Part shown: in pieces, positions 19,300 through 29,656 of the stretch | Layout: each line of letters begins with the position of its first letter | Position numbering within the stretch: the stretch's first letter is position 1 | From: Planctomycetota bacterium | Lineage (GTDB): Bacteria; Planctomycetota; UBA8108; SXIK01 | Length of the DNA stretch: 64,000 bases | Direction: 5' to 3' | Assembly (NCBI GenBank): GCA_965223265.1 | Contig: OZ244999.1 | Coordinates: forward strand, 7,008,001 to 7,072,000 | Translations under genes and position numbers: made by a program | Notes under the pieces: generated by a model | What the model saw: the letters and a program-made list of their open reading frames with translations, nothing else | Told to the model about the DNA's origin: nothing | The model's database searches: none

Positions 19300-20817
19300 T
19301 CAGGCGACGACTTCTTTTAGGACGCGCCCGTGGACGTCTGTCAATCGATCCTCACGCCCCTGGTGGAGATACGTGAGGCGCTCGTGATCGATACCGAGGA
19401 GGTGCAGAATCGTTGCGTGAAGGTCATGCACGTGCACCTTGTCAACTGCGGCGCCGAATCCCAGGTCGTCCGTCGCACCGTACGTCGTTCCGCCACGCAC
19501 ACCGCCGCCGGCGAGCCACATGCTGAAACCGTACGGATTGTGGTTTCTGCCGATCTTCCCGATCCCTTCGCTGAACGGCATACGCCCAAACTCTCCGCCC
19601 CAGAGGACGAGAGTAGTATCGAGGAGCCCCCGCTGCTCGAGATCCGTGAGCAAGGCCGCAATCGGCTGATCGACTTCGGCACCGTGCTGGCCATGGTTCG
19701 TCTCGACGCTCTGGTGCGCGTCCCAGGTGTCTTCCAGATGGCCCCCGCCCGAGTAAAGCTGAACGAACCGTACCCCACGCTCAACAAGCCGACGGGCGAT
19801 CAGACAGTTTCGACCGAACTCGTCCGTCGGCTGCTTGCCGACGCCGTACATCTCGAGTGTGCGCGCGTTCTCACGCGTCAAGTCCACAGCCTCCGGTGCC
19901 TCCGATTGCATCCGAAAGGCGAGCTCGAACGTTTGGATGCGCGCAGCCAGCTCTTGCCCCTGCGGCCTCAGGCGCAGGTGTTCCTCGTTGATCTGAGCGA
20001 GCAGATCGAGCTGACGACGCTGCGCCGTGCGGTCGATGTGTCGAGGGCCTCGCAAGTCCAAAATCGGATCACCGACCGGACGGAAGAGCGTCCCCTGAAA
20101 GGTGCTCGGCATGAAACCGCTCGACCAATTCGGCTGGCCGGTGATCGGTCCACCGCGTTTGTCGAGCATGACGACATAGCCCGGCAAATTAGTGTTCTCG
20201 GTTCCGAGTCCGTACACTGCCCAACTCCCGAGCGATGGACGCCCGATGAACGGCTTACCCGTATTCATGCTGACAAGCGCCGATCCGTGAGCATGGCTGT
20301 CGGTGTAGCAAGATTTGATCACGGCCAACTTGTCCGCGTGCCGGCGGACATTCGGAAAATAGTCCGAGATCATGAGTCCACTGTTGCCGCCCGGGTGAAA
20401 CGGCCGCACCGCAGGCGTCAGGTAGCCGATCTTGCGACCGCCGGAGTTGATGAACTCGATGTCCTTTGGCAGAGTCTGGCCGGCGTATCTCTCGAGTTCT
20501 GGCTTGTAATCGAACGTGTCGATGTGGCTAGGGCCACCGTTCATCATCAGAAAGATGCAGCTCTTCGCTCCACCGGCGCGGTGAGGCGTTTTGGGTGCCA
20601 GCGGGTTTGCTGCCGCGCTGTCCGATTCGGTGGCGTGGAGCGACGACGGAAAGAAACTCGCCCCGAGAAGGTCGGCGAGCGCGAGTGCCGCGAATCCCCC
20701 TCCCATCTCCCAGACGAATTCACGGCGAGTCAAACCGCAGGGAAACCAACGTCGTCCCTGAGGCGTCTGGGCATGAGACTCTGGTACGGTGCGGCTTTCG
20801 ATCATGACGGCTTCCAT
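19300..20817 (-). CDS. DUF1501 family protein (Tat signal)
   Basis: LTRREFV, IFLMMNGGPSHIDTFDYKP, ARRLVERGVRFVQL, WDAH, GEFGRMP, GRNHNP, HDLHATILHLLG. Confidence 0.93.
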   Translation of the reverse strand: MEAVMIESRTVPESHAQTPQGRRWFPCGLTRREFVWEMGGGFAALALADLLGASFFPSSLHATESDSAAANPLAPKTPHRAGGAKSCIFLMMNGGPSHIDTFDYKPELERYAGQTLPKDIEFINSGGRKIGYLTPAVRPFHPGGNSGLMISDYFPNVRRHADKLAVIKSCYTDSHAHGSALVSMNTGKPFIGRPSLGSWAVYGLGTENTNLPGYVVMLDKRGGPITGQPNWSSGFMPSTFQGTLFRPVGDPILDLRGPRHIDRTAQRRQLDLLAQINEEHLRLRPQGQELAARIQTFELAFRMQSEAPEAVDLTRENARTLEMYGVGKQPTDEFGRNCLIARRLVERGVRFVQLYSGGGHLEDTWDAHQSVETNHGQHGAEVDQPIAALLTDLEQRGLLDTTLVLWGGEFGRMPFSEGIGKIGRNHNPYGFSMWLAGGGVRGGTTYGATDDLGFGAAVDKVHVHDLHATILHLLGIDHERLTYLHQGREDRLTDVHGRVLKEVVA

Positions 20818-20855
20818 CGCCTCTCAAATCTTCGCATCACGGTTCACCGTGTCGG

Positions 20856-23819
20856 TCAGTCAACGTAGACGAACTCGTTGGCGTTCAAAAGAACGTGACA
20901 AAGCGACGCCACGGCGAGGAACTCGGGCTCACGCGCCGTTTCTTGCAAGCGATACTGCGCATTCAGGTAGTTCCAAACCGCCTCTCTCTCACTGTCGTTG
21001 AGTTGACGGTTGTAGACGAGGATCTCGCCGATATCGCCGTGCCAGTACTCACCGTCCAGCGCGCCCTGTCTGCCGATGACATATTCACCTTCCAGGTTTC
21101 GTTTTGCGAGCATCGCTCCCTTCTGCACGAGCAAGCGGTCATTCTGAAAGAGGAGCGCATCCCGCTCACCGCTGATCGCTGTGATCAGCGACGCTCGCTG
21201 CGGTGAGAGCAACTCTCCTACTCCGGCAAAATCGTCGCTGAATCGAAGCTGGCCGAATCCCGTTGTGCCGACGAAGAACGACGTCACGGAGTTCTGAGGG
21301 CTCCAGTTCGAAATCACCTCCCTGTGGCCTGTCGTGCCGCTATCCGTCACGACAGCAAAGACGCTGCAGCGCTGCGCACTAAGAAGACGCCCGCGCAGTC
21401 GGAGGAAGCGACCGCGGCCGTCGAATCGCACCACCGCTCGCCCATTGATGCCAGACTTGACATAGAGGGGGCGCCGCGACACTTCGCTCTGCGCGGCACT
21501 GAAACCACCGCCTGAACGACTCGCCCAGCCGCCGACACGGCCGGAGGCGTCGACTTCGATGCCTTCATCCGCTCGCAGCCAGAGCGCGAGTCCGTCCCGA
21601 ACGGTCAATTCACTCGGAGGTTTCCGTGCCCGTCGCGCCGCGGCCGCCGCGAAGTGCGCTGTCTGTTCTCGCATGTGCTCGACCGCCCCGGCGCGCTCGA
21701 CCTCCGTGGGCGTACGAGCAAACGCGAGCTGCCATGCGCGTTCGGCGATGGCGGCGGGCTCTGCGTCGACCTCGGCGAGGATGCGCGTTGCCATCGCTTC
21801 GCTGCGGCCATGCACGAAATGGTTGTTCAAGAGTGCGAGGGCCTGAGGCGCCACGGTGGAAATATCACGCTTGGCGCAGGACGTCGTGGTGTCGCAAAAG
21901 TCGAACGTGGTCATCAGCGGCGGCAGCAGAGAACGCTTGGTGAAGATATAGATGCTGCGACGACGGCGCTCCTCCGCCGGCGACGCTCCCCACGTGGCGC
22001 CACGTCGCGACAACCCGACGAGTGCTTCATGGCTGATCCGAGGGAAAAAACTCGGCCCACCCACTTCGAGGCGTAGCTCGCCGCTGACGCTAAGCATGCT
22101 GTCGCGCATCGCTTCGGCATCGAGCCGTCTGCGTGGAGCCCGCCAAAGAAGCCGATTCGCCGCGTCGATGTCGTTCAGCCGCGCGGCATCGGGATGAAGC
22201 GATGACTGTTTGTACGTGCTGGAGAGCATGATCAAACGATGGAGGTGCTTGAGTCTCCAGCCGCCAGCAATGAATTCGGACGCCAGCCAATCGAGAAGCT
22301 TAGGATGCGTCGGAGGTTCGCCCTTGAAGCCGAAGTTGTTCGGCGACGCCACGATGCCGCGTCCGAAGTGATGCTGCCAAATGCGGTTGACCATAACGCG
22401 CGCCGTCAGCGGGTTGCGCTCGTCGACAATCCAGCGCGCCAGTTGCAATCGCCGCTCTGTCGTCGTGGCATCCGCCGCCGGCGGGTCGAACGCCGCACGC
22501 AGGGTCCTCACCATGGTCGGTGCTGCGGGGTCGACGGGATCTAGAGGTCGACTCGGGTCCCCTTTCTTAAGGAGCGCGAGAGGGTCGACCTCGCGGCCGC
22601 GGTCTGTCCAACCGAGCGCTTTAAAGCCTAGCTGCTCGAAGTCTGGCCCGCCCATGAGCTTGCCGCCCTCGATGTAGCCGGCCCAGAAGATGCTCGCCAT
22701 GCTGTAGTAGTCTTGCTGGGGAATCGGATCGAACTTGTGATCGTGACAGCGCGCGCATTTAACGGTGTAAGCCAAGAAAGTCGAGCTCGTCGTGTGGACA
22801 AGATCTTCGAGGCGTTCGTAGCGATACTCCTTGCGGTCGTTCGGCTCATCGTCCCAGGTCGCCAGCCGCATGAAGCCCGTCGCGACGACAGTGTCAAACG
22901 AGCGATCGGGAAGCTCGTCGCCGGCGAGCTGCTCAAGGACAAACCGGTCGTACGGTTTGTCGTCATTCAACGAACGCACGACGTAATCGCGGTAGCGCCA
23001 CGCGAACGGCTTGGTGGCGTCGCGCTCGTAGCCGTTCGTCTCGGCGAAACGCACCAGATCGAGCCAGTAGCGCGCCCAGCGCTCACCATACTGCGGCGAT
23101 GCGAGAAGACGATCGATGAGACGCGCGTAGGCATCCGGCGACTCGTCCCTCTCGAACGCGAGGACATCGTCGATCGTCGGTGGCAAACCGATCAGGTCGA
23201 AGTAGGCGCGTCGTATGAGCGTGCGGCGATCTGCGGGCGGCGCGAGTGTCATCCCCTCGGCCTCCAGTCGCGCCAGGATAAACGCATCAGGCGATTGGTC
23301 GATGCGGCCGGCTGCGGCAACAGTGGGCAGCGCTGGACGACTGACCGGTTGAAGCGACCACCAGTCGCGCCCGCTGCGCGCCGCGGTCGTGAACTCGTAC
23401 GGACTCACCGTTCGACCTGTCGGCCACGCGGCGCCCGCCGCGATCCAGCTCTTGAGCGCGTCGATCTCGTCTTTCGTCAGAGACTCGATCGCTTCATCTT
23501 CCGGCGGCGGCATCTCGCCCTTCGCGACGCGGTCGACGAGCAGACTCTTGTCGGCGTCGCCTGGCACGATCGCAGCGCCTGAATCACCACCACGTAGAGA
23601 GCTGGATGCCGACGACAGATCGAGGCCCCCCTTTTCCTCGGCCGTGCTGTGACAACCGAGGCAGCGCTGGGCAAGAATCGGGACGATTCGCGACTCGAAG
23701 TACTCCGGCGACGCAGCACTCTCCACTGTCTCCGCGGCGGCGGGGGCGTCGAAAAACACTATCGAAAGAACACCGAGTAGTAAGGCTGCTCGACTCGATG
23801 AGTAACGCACCGCTTTCAC
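20856..23819 (-). CDS. PSD1 and planctomycete cytochrome c protein (PSCyt1, DUF1549, DUF1553) with LamG-like domain
   Basis: CLGCH, YGERWARYWLDLVRFAET, CARCHDHKFDPI, NPLTARVMVNRIWQHHFGRG. C-terminal LALWLRAD...GDIGEILVYNRQL LamG-like insert. Confidence 0.93.
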   Translation of the reverse strand: MKAVRYSSSRAALLLGVLSIVFFDAPAAAETVESAASPEYFESRIVPILAQRCLGCHSTAEEKGGLDLSSASSSLRGGDSGAAIVPGDADKSLLVDRVAKGEMPPPEDEAIESLTKDEIDALKSWIAAGAAWPTGRTVSPYEFTTAARSGRDWWSLQPVSRPALPTVAAAGRIDQSPDAFILARLEAEGMTLAPPADRRTLIRRAYFDLIGLPPTIDDVLAFERDESPDAYARLIDRLLASPQYGERWARYWLDLVRFAETNGYERDATKPFAWRYRDYVVRSLNDDKPYDRFVLEQLAGDELPDRSFDTVVATGFMRLATWDDEPNDRKEYRYERLEDLVHTTSSTFLAYTVKCARCHDHKFDPIPQQDYYSMASIFWAGYIEGGKLMGGPDFEQLGFKALGWTDRGREVDPLALLKKGDPSRPLDPVDPAAPTMVRTLRAAFDPPAADATTTERRLQLARWIVDERNPLTARVMVNRIWQHHFGRGIVASPNNFGFKGEPPTHPKLLDWLASEFIAGGWRLKHLHRLIMLSSTYKQSSLHPDAARLNDIDAANRLLWRAPRRRLDAEAMRDSMLSVSGELRLEVGGPSFFPRISHEALVGLSRRGATWGASPAEERRRRSIYIFTKRSLLPPLMTTFDFCDTTTSCAKRDISTVAPQALALLNNHFVHGRSEAMATRILAEVDAEPAAIAERAWQLAFARTPTEVERAGAVEHMREQTAHFAAAAARRARKPPSELTVRDGLALWLRADEGIEVDASGRVGGWASRSGGGFSAAQSEVSRRPLYVKSGINGRAVVRFDGRGRFLRLRGRLLSAQRCSVFAVVTDSGTTGHREVISNWSPQNSVTSFFVGTTGFGQLRFSDDFAGVGELLSPQRASLITAISGERDALLFQNDRLLVQKGAMLAKRNLEGEYVIGRQGALDGEYWHGDIGEILVYNRQLNDSEREAVWNYLNAQYRLQETAREPEFLAVASLCHVLLNANEFVYVD

Positions 23820-24017
23820 CCTCCACAGGAGACTTCGCGAACACAGATCCGCGACAGGCTCAGTTCACCTATAGGATTGTGCTGCTAGGGTCAACTGTTC
23901 CGCTCGCCGGTTCTTCCCCCTATGCTATGGGAAAATCGTACGGCTGCGCCACCGACAAGTGATCTATCGGTTGCCTCCAGGAGTCAGACGGACGCACGAC
24001 CATCGCCGGAACAGAGC

Positions 24018-24587
24018 ATGAAATACTGCGGTCACTGCACGCACGAACTCTCCTTTGAGGTGCCGCCGGATGACGACCGACCGCGGCATTGTTGTCGCAA
24101 GTGCGGTGCGGTGTTCTACGACAATCCAAAGGTGATCGTCGGTTGTTTGCCGCGGTGGGAGAACCAGGTGCTCCTGTGCCGGCGGGCGATCGAGCCGCGG
24201 CGTGGCTATTGGACTCTGCCGGCGGGGTTCATGGAGCTGGGTGAGACCGTCGAGGAAGGTGCGGCGCGTGAGACCTTTGAGGAGGCTCGGGCGAACGTTT
24301 CGATCGTCGGCCTTCACAGCGTCGTCAGCCTGCCCTACATCAGCCAGGTCTACATGATCTTCCTCGCCGATCTCGTTGATCTGAACTTCGCGGCCGGACC
24401 GGAGAGCCTGGAGGTGCGTTTGTTCACGGAGGCAGACGTACCGCATGACGAGATCGCTTTCAGGACTGTTAAGTTCGCGCTTGAACGTTTCTACTCCTCT
24501 CCTCCGAGCGCTACGCTCGTGCCTCACTTCGGCACGTTCGAACGTCGGCCGGACGACTCCGGTGCCAGCAGCCGTGACCAGGGGTAA
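24018..24587 (+). CDS. NUDIX hydrolase with N-terminal Zn ribbon
   Basis: MKYCGHC...CRKCG, NPKVIVG and Nudix box PAGFMELGETVEEGAARETFEEA. Confidence 0.92.
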   Translation: MKYCGHCTHELSFEVPPDDDRPRHCCRKCGAVFYDNPKVIVGCLPRWENQVLLCRRAIEPRRGYWTLPAGFMELGETVEEGAARETFEEARANVSIVGLHSVVSLPYISQVYMIFLADLVDLNFAAGPESLEVRLFTEADVPHDEIAFRTVKFALERFYSSPPSATLVPHFGTFERRPDDSGASSRDQG

Positions 24588-24591
24588 AACG

Positions 24592-25809
24592 ATGGCTGAC
24601 GAGACCAAAGGCACCGCCGAGGCTGCAGCAACCAACCTGGCGCGCGATGTCACCGCTGCGAAACGCCTCTCGTCGCTCGACGCCTACCGCGGTTTCGTCA
24701 TGCTGGCCATGGTTTCGGGAGGACTCGGCTTCGGCGCGGTCGCTCGCAAGTTGCCCGACAGCACCCTTTGGCAATTCCTCGCCCACCAGGTCAGCCATGT
24801 CGAATGGCTCGGCTGCACCTTTTGGGACCTCATCCAGCCGTCGTTCATATTCATGGTCGGCGTTGCCATGCCCTTCTCGCACGCCAGCCGCCTGGCGCGA
24901 GGCCAAAGTCGAACGCGCCTGCATCTCCACGCCGTCTTTCGCGCCATCGTTCTCGTCTCACTTGGCATCTTCCTGCGCTCGAACGGCAGGCAGTTCACCA
25001 ACTTCACCTTCGAAGACGTCGTGACGCAAATTGGTCTCGGCTATCTCGTCGTCCACTTTCTGGTCGGCCACGGCATCAAAGTGCAAGCGCTCGCGCTTGG
25101 CATCATCTTGGGCGGCTACTGGCTCGCTTTCCTTCTCTATCCGCTCCCCGCGGCTGGTTTCGACTACGCGGCTGTCGGCGTCGGCAGCGATTGGAAACAC
25201 CTCGAAGGCTTTTTTGCGCACTGGGACAAAAACTCCAACCTCGCTGCCGCCTTTGACCAGTGGTTTTTGAATCTCTTCCCGCGGCCTCAGGAATTCGTCT
25301 ACAACGGCGGTGGCTACCAGACCCTCAGCTTCGTGCCGTCGATGGCGACGATGATCTTCGGGCTCCTCAGCGGCGAGCTACTGCGCGGCGCACGCCTACC
25401 AGGCGCCAAGGCTGCGCGCCTCCTGGTCGGCGGCGCAGCCTGCCTGCTCCTCGGGGAGATCCTTGGCCACACGGTGTGCCCGGTGGTCAAGCGCATCTGG
25501 ACGCCGTCGTGGGCCGTCTACTCGACGGGGTGGACGCTGCTTCTCCTCGCCGCATTTTACGTCGTCATCGAGATCTGGGGCTGGCGCCGCTGGGCATTCC
25601 CCTTCGTCGTCGTCGGCATGAACTCCATCGCCATGTACTGCATGGCGCAGCTGTCAAAGGGGTGGGTGATCAAGACGATGAAAACGCACTTCGGGCCCGA
25701 CACGTTCAGCGGCCTCTATGGCCCGATCGTGCAGTCGGTGGCCGCGCTTCTCGCTTTGTGGCTCGTTTGCCTGTGGCTCTATAGGCGGCGGATCTTTCTG
25801 CGCATTTGA
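24592..25809 (+). CDS. Heparan-alpha-glucosaminide N-acetyltransferase-like (DUF5009/NagX-like) membrane protein
   Basis: RLSSLDAYRG, HVEWLGCTFWDLIQPSFIFMVG, PVVKRIWTPSW, GMNSIAMY. Confidence 0.87.
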   Translation: MADETKGTAEAAATNLARDVTAAKRLSSLDAYRGFVMLAMVSGGLGFGAVARKLPDSTLWQFLAHQVSHVEWLGCTFWDLIQPSFIFMVGVAMPFSHASRLARGQSRTRLHLHAVFRAIVLVSLGIFLRSNGRQFTNFTFEDVVTQIGLGYLVVHFLVGHGIKVQALALGIILGGYWLAFLLYPLPAAGFDYAAVGVGSDWKHLEGFFAHWDKNSNLAAAFDQWFLNLFPRPQEFVYNGGGYQTLSFVPSMATMIFGLLSGELLRGARLPGAKAARLLVGGAACLLLGEILGHTVCPVVKRIWTPSWAVYSTGWTLLLLAAFYVVIEIWGWRRWAFPFVVVGMNSIAMYCMAQLSKGWVIKTMKTHFGPDTFSGLYGPIVQSVAALLALWLVCLWLYRRRIFLRI

Positions 25810-25836
25810 GCCGGGCGTCGTCAGCCGCAGCGGCCG

Positions 25837-26604
25837 CTACTCCTCGCGGATGTTGTTCTTCAACCGGCCCTCGTCGAGGCCTTCGAGGAGGAAGCCGTTG
25901 TCGTGGATGTGCTGCCACGCAGACAGCAGGCTCGACTTGCCGCTCGACGTTGGCTCGTGGCTGTAGGCGGAGCCTTCGCGGATGACGACGGGCGTCTTGG
26001 CGTCGCGCGGGCAGCCGAAGGCGTGGAGATGCTTTCGATGCATAACGAACTTCGGGTCGCCCGGTCGCAGGCAGCGATACTCGGTGAGCTGATCGTAGGT
26101 GTGCTCGCGTCCACGGGGTAAAACGATGTCGCTCGGGCGCTTCTCGCCGCGCGGCATCGGTTGCGTTTGGATGAGGCCCTTGGTCGAGACTTCGAGCCGC
26201 TCATCGTCGATGATCTCTGGAGCGTAGTAGAGCTGCATCTCGCCGAGAACGACTTCGTAGAACTCCGTCTTGCGCCAATGCAGGTGGGGGCTGCAGAACT
26301 TGCCCGGGTGGACGATCATGAGCTTGTCGCAGAGACCGCCGAACTGGGCCCATTCAAGGTCGCCCTCTGGCAACCCCTCAATGGCCGGCTCGTTGAGCGC
26401 CTGGAAGATCGCGAACACCTCGTACGGCTCACGCGACCACATGCCACCCACAAACGCCTCGTACTGATCGTCGCCGAAGACGAGACCGGTGTTGTCGTTG
26501 ATCATGTCATCCTGCACCGGGTAGTCGCAGGCGATCGCCAGCGCCGTGCACTCGGAGATCCAGGCGTCGTATTCTCTGCGGGTGACGTAGTTTCGTGTGG
26601 CCAC
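25837..26604 (-). CDS. D-lyxose/D-mannose isomerase-like cupin
   Basis: CDKLMIVHPGKFCSPHLHWRKTE (HxH...KxE) plus later HAF, IRE.S and DNxF-like motifs. Confidence 0.65.
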   Translation of the reverse strand: MATRNYVTRREYDAWISECTALAIACDYPVQDDMINDNTGLVFGDDQYEAFVGGMWSREPYEVFAIFQALNEPAIEGLPEGDLEWAQFGGLCDKLMIVHPGKFCSPHLHWRKTEFYEVVLGEMQLYYAPEIIDDERLEVSTKGLIQTQPMPRGEKRPSDIVLPRGREHTYDQLTEYRCLRPGDPKFVMHRKHLHAFGCPRDAKTPVVIREGSAYSHEPTSSGKSSLLSAWQHIHDNGFLLEGLDEGRLKNNIREE

Positions 26605-26878
26605 TCTGGTTGTCCTCTCTGTGCGAGTTCGTTGGCGCGATTGCGCCGCCGAGTGCGGGCGCTCTCGCGGTGTTCAGCAACTGCCGCCGGGGCTCCACTT
26701 TCTCGGCTGCGCTGGCAGTTTTCCAGTAAAAAGGTGCGCCCCGAGCTCTCGATGGTGACAGCTCGGCGCGGCGGCCCAAAGCGTGAAACTTTTCGTCGCA
26801 GAGCTGTACTCGTCGCGCCACTGCGTGTTAGGATCACGCCGATTTCGATTCTGCGACAAGACCCGAGAGAGAGCCTCA

Positions 26879-28438
26879 ATGCCAGAGCCAGGCGGCGCCC
26901 TCGCTGCGATTGATTACACCATTGTTGTCGTTTACATGCTTGGCATCCTCGGCATTGGCGCGTTCTTCGGGAAGTACATTCGCTCTGCGGGCGATTTCTT
27001 CCTTGCTGGGAAGGCGCTGCCTTTTTGGGCAATCGGTATGTCGATCGTCGTCAGCGATATCGGCGCCGTCGACATGGTCGCTGGTGCCGGGGCCGCCTAC
27101 GAGCACGGCATCGCGCAAGCGAACTGGGATTGGCTCGGGTCGATGCCGGCGATGATCATCGCCGCCTTCGTTTTCGTCCCGTACTACTGGCGCTCCGGCG
27201 TCTACACGATCCCGGAGTTTCTCGGACGACGCTACAACCAGACGATCCGCTACATTCAAGCTGTCATTTGGGTTCTCTACTTGACGTCCATGCTGGCCGT
27301 CATGCTGTGGACCTCAGCCGTCTTTCTTCAGACCCAGCTTGGCTGGTCGACCGAGCTGGCGATCTGGGTGACCGTCGGCTTCGTCGGATTCTACACGGTC
27401 TCGGGCGGACTCGCTGCAGTCGTCATGACTGACGCCATTCAAATGATCGTCATGTTCGTCGGCGCTGGCGCACTGCTCGTCCTCTGCGTTTGGAACGCCG
27501 GTGGGTGGGAACCCATGAAAGAGGCGGTGCTAGCGCTCGGAGCCGAGACGGAGAACCATTTCACGTTGTTGCTTCCGCACGACGCCGCGACGCCTTACCC
27601 GTGGACGGGCATCGTCTTCGGCCTCGGGATCGTGCTTTCAACCGGCTACTTTGTAGGGAATCAAGCCATCGTTCAGCGCGTCCTCGGGGCGCGATCGGAG
27701 TGGGACGCGAAGGCTGGGATGATTTTTGGCTGCTTCCTCAAGCTCTTCATCCCGATTCTGATCATGCTTCCAGGTCTCTCGGCTCGTGCACTACACCCCG
27801 AGCTCGAGAAAGCCGATGAAGCCATTCCGATCCTCATTCGCGATCTCTTCCCGCCCGGACTCAAAGGATTGATGTTCGCGGCGTTCCTGGCGGCACTCAT
27901 GTCAAGCGTGGACTCCTATCTCAACTCCGCCGTCACGGTGTTGCTCTCCGATCTGTTTCGACTGCGCCGTACGGAAGGGGGAGAAGGACAAATCCGCGGC
28001 GTCAATGCCGGCCGGTTCTTGACTGCGCTGTTGATCATCGCAGCAGGATTCCTGGCGCCGAACGTGCCGAAGGTCTCCGACACGATCTACACCTCGATTC
28101 AGACAATCTTCTCGTTCTTTCAGGGACCGACACTCGCGATTCTCTTACTGGGCATCCTTTGGCGGCGCACGACCGGAATCGGAGCGCTGTGCGGACTTCT
28201 CCTGGGACTTTGTGTCACCGGCACGCTCAACTTCATCGGTGAGGATGTTTTTCCATCTGAGGAACCCTTCCTCTTCGTATCTTTTTGGTCATTCTTGTTT
28301 TCACTTGCGGTGACGATCCTCGTGAGCCTTGTGACCCCCCGTGAGCCGGATGAGAAGATCCGAGGACTGGTTTACGGGGACGTGCTGCACGATCCGCAGG
28401 CACAGGAGATACTGCAGCGGAGAGTCGACGGACAATGA
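26879..28438 (+). CDS. Sodium:solute symporter (SSS, SLC5 family)
   Basis: DFFLAGKALPFW, TIPEFLGRRY, YTVSGGLAAVVMTDAIQ, NQAIVQRVLGA, AALMSSVDSYLNS. Confidence 0.93.
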   Translation: MPEPGGALAAIDYTIVVVYMLGILGIGAFFGKYIRSAGDFFLAGKALPFWAIGMSIVVSDIGAVDMVAGAGAAYEHGIAQANWDWLGSMPAMIIAAFVFVPYYWRSGVYTIPEFLGRRYNQTIRYIQAVIWVLYLTSMLAVMLWTSAVFLQTQLGWSTELAIWVTVGFVGFYTVSGGLAAVVMTDAIQMIVMFVGAGALLVLCVWNAGGWEPMKEAVLALGAETENHFTLLLPHDAATPYPWTGIVFGLGIVLSTGYFVGNQAIVQRVLGARSEWDAKAGMIFGCFLKLFIPILIMLPGLSARALHPELEKADEAIPILIRDLFPPGLKGLMFAAFLAALMSSVDSYLNSAVTVLLSDLFRLRRTEGGEGQIRGVNAGRFLTALLIIAAGFLAPNVPKVSDTIYTSIQTIFSFFQGPTLAILLLGILWRRTTGIGALCGLLLGLCVTGTLNFIGEDVFPSEEPFLFVSFWSFLFSLAVTILVSLVTPREPDEKIRGLVYGDVLHDPQAQEILQRRVDGQ

Positions 28439-28743
28439 ACGCACAGATCGACGAGACGCAGACACCGCCCGAAGAATCATGGATCGACGAGATCCTGAAG
28501 TCGTTGACTGAGTTTCTCAGCGCCGCACTCAGACCGCTCGATGACTTCCTCAGCGCCCTTCCGATTGGGGTCGCGCGCGGCTGCGCGATCACACTCTTTC
28601 TCCTCGTCACGGTGTGGGTTCTGACGCTCAAACGTGAGCTGGTCTTTCGCGGCGCCCCGTCGCAGAGGCCGTGGCGCGACCTTCGTCTTTGGGCCGTGCT
28701 CGTAGCGCTCCCCTACTGTTTGATCTATCTCTTCCTGTTCTGA
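28435..28743 (+). CDS. Small 2-TM membrane protein
   Basis: ATGA overlap with the SSS gene. Two hydrophobic helices around WRDLRLWA. Confidence 0.75.
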   Translation: MNAQIDETQTPPEESWIDEILKSLTEFLSAALRPLDDFLSALPIGVARGCAITLFLLVTVWVLTLKRELVFRGAPSQRPWRDLRLWAVLVALPYCLIYLFLF

Positions 28744-28763
28744 ATCGATCGGCGAACGAATCT

Positions 28764-29021
28764 ATGTCACAAGCACAAGACGCCGCGAGGGAAAAACGCC
28801 AACGCGACATAATTCTCCTCTTCGCCATGGGCGGATTCTTCGCACTCCTCGGCGTTCTCGTTCTCCTCGGTCTCCGGTGGACTGAACAGCGTGACTTCGC
28901 CACGACTGTGAACATTGTCTGCGGCGCCCTTCTGGTCGCAGTGGGTGTGCTGTGTTTGGCGATCGGCGGCGTAGTCGTCTACCGCGGCAGCGCGGATGGG
29001 AACGACGAAGCCGCGGCGTGA
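28764..29021 (+). CDS. Small 2-TM membrane protein
   Basis: MSQAQD start and two hydrophobic helices. GTGA overlap with the next gene. Confidence 0.7.
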   Translation: MSQAQDAAREKRQRDIILLFAMGGFFALLGVLVLLGLRWTEQRDFATTVNIVCGALLVAVGVLCLAIGGVVVYRGSADGNDEAAA

Positions 29022-29626
29022 GCTTCATAGCGCCCACTGTGTCGGCCGCAGTCGCATGGAAGCGCGCGCACCGTCCACCGCTGGCGCGGACGAGGAGGTT
29101 CCTTCATCGCGCGCTGTCGCTCCTGAGGACCGGCGACGAAGCCTGCAAGCTTGATCTGCCGCAGACGGAGCACGGACGGCTGCCGTATCTGGAGGTGGTG
29201 TGGCTGCCGTACTATCACGCCCGTGTGGAGGTACGGCGCCGCGACCAAGGCCGCACCGCCGACGTTCTGGTCTGCGGCAGCGACGGCACGACGAATCTCT
29301 GCGACGTGGCGACGCTCAAATGGCTTGATGGCGAACCGCCTCCCCCCCTCCTGGCGACGATCAGCCGCGAGGAAGCCGCTGACGCGGCGTGCCGCGCTGT
29401 TCTCGGCCTCGTGGCGCGACAGGGCTGGAGCGGCAAACCGCCGACGCTGCACGTGGCTGACGTGGCGGACGTCCACTACCCAGTCTGGGTCTACTACTAC
29501 GAGCGCCGTCGCGGTCGCCTTGACGTACGGCTCGTCGATGCACTGAACGCCCGGCTGACCGGCGGCAAGATGAAGGCGGCGCTGATCGCAGCGTTGACGG
29601 AGACGCCTCCGGCGTCTGGTTCATAG
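29018..29626 (+). CDS. Hypothetical protein
   Basis: Translationally coupled to the preceding gene. WLPYY and HYPVWVYYY motifs. Confidence 0.65.
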   Translation: MSFIAPTVSAAVAWKRAHRPPLARTRRFLHRALSLLRTGDEACKLDLPQTEHGRLPYLEVVWLPYYHARVEVRRRDQGRTADVLVCGSDGTTNLCDVATLKWLDGEPPPPLLATISREEAADAACRAVLGLVARQGWSGKPPTLHVADVADVHYPVWVYYYERRRGRLDVRLVDALNARLTGGKMKAALIAALTETPPASGS

Positions 29627-29656
29627 AAGCGGGTCTGTAGACTATGCAGGCACTCT

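Noticed and set aside
19330-20868. Long antisense ORFs (also 10222-11208, 11430-12494, 29774-30799, 36074-37570)
   Set aside because: Shadow frames opposite well-supported genes, expected in high-GC DNA.
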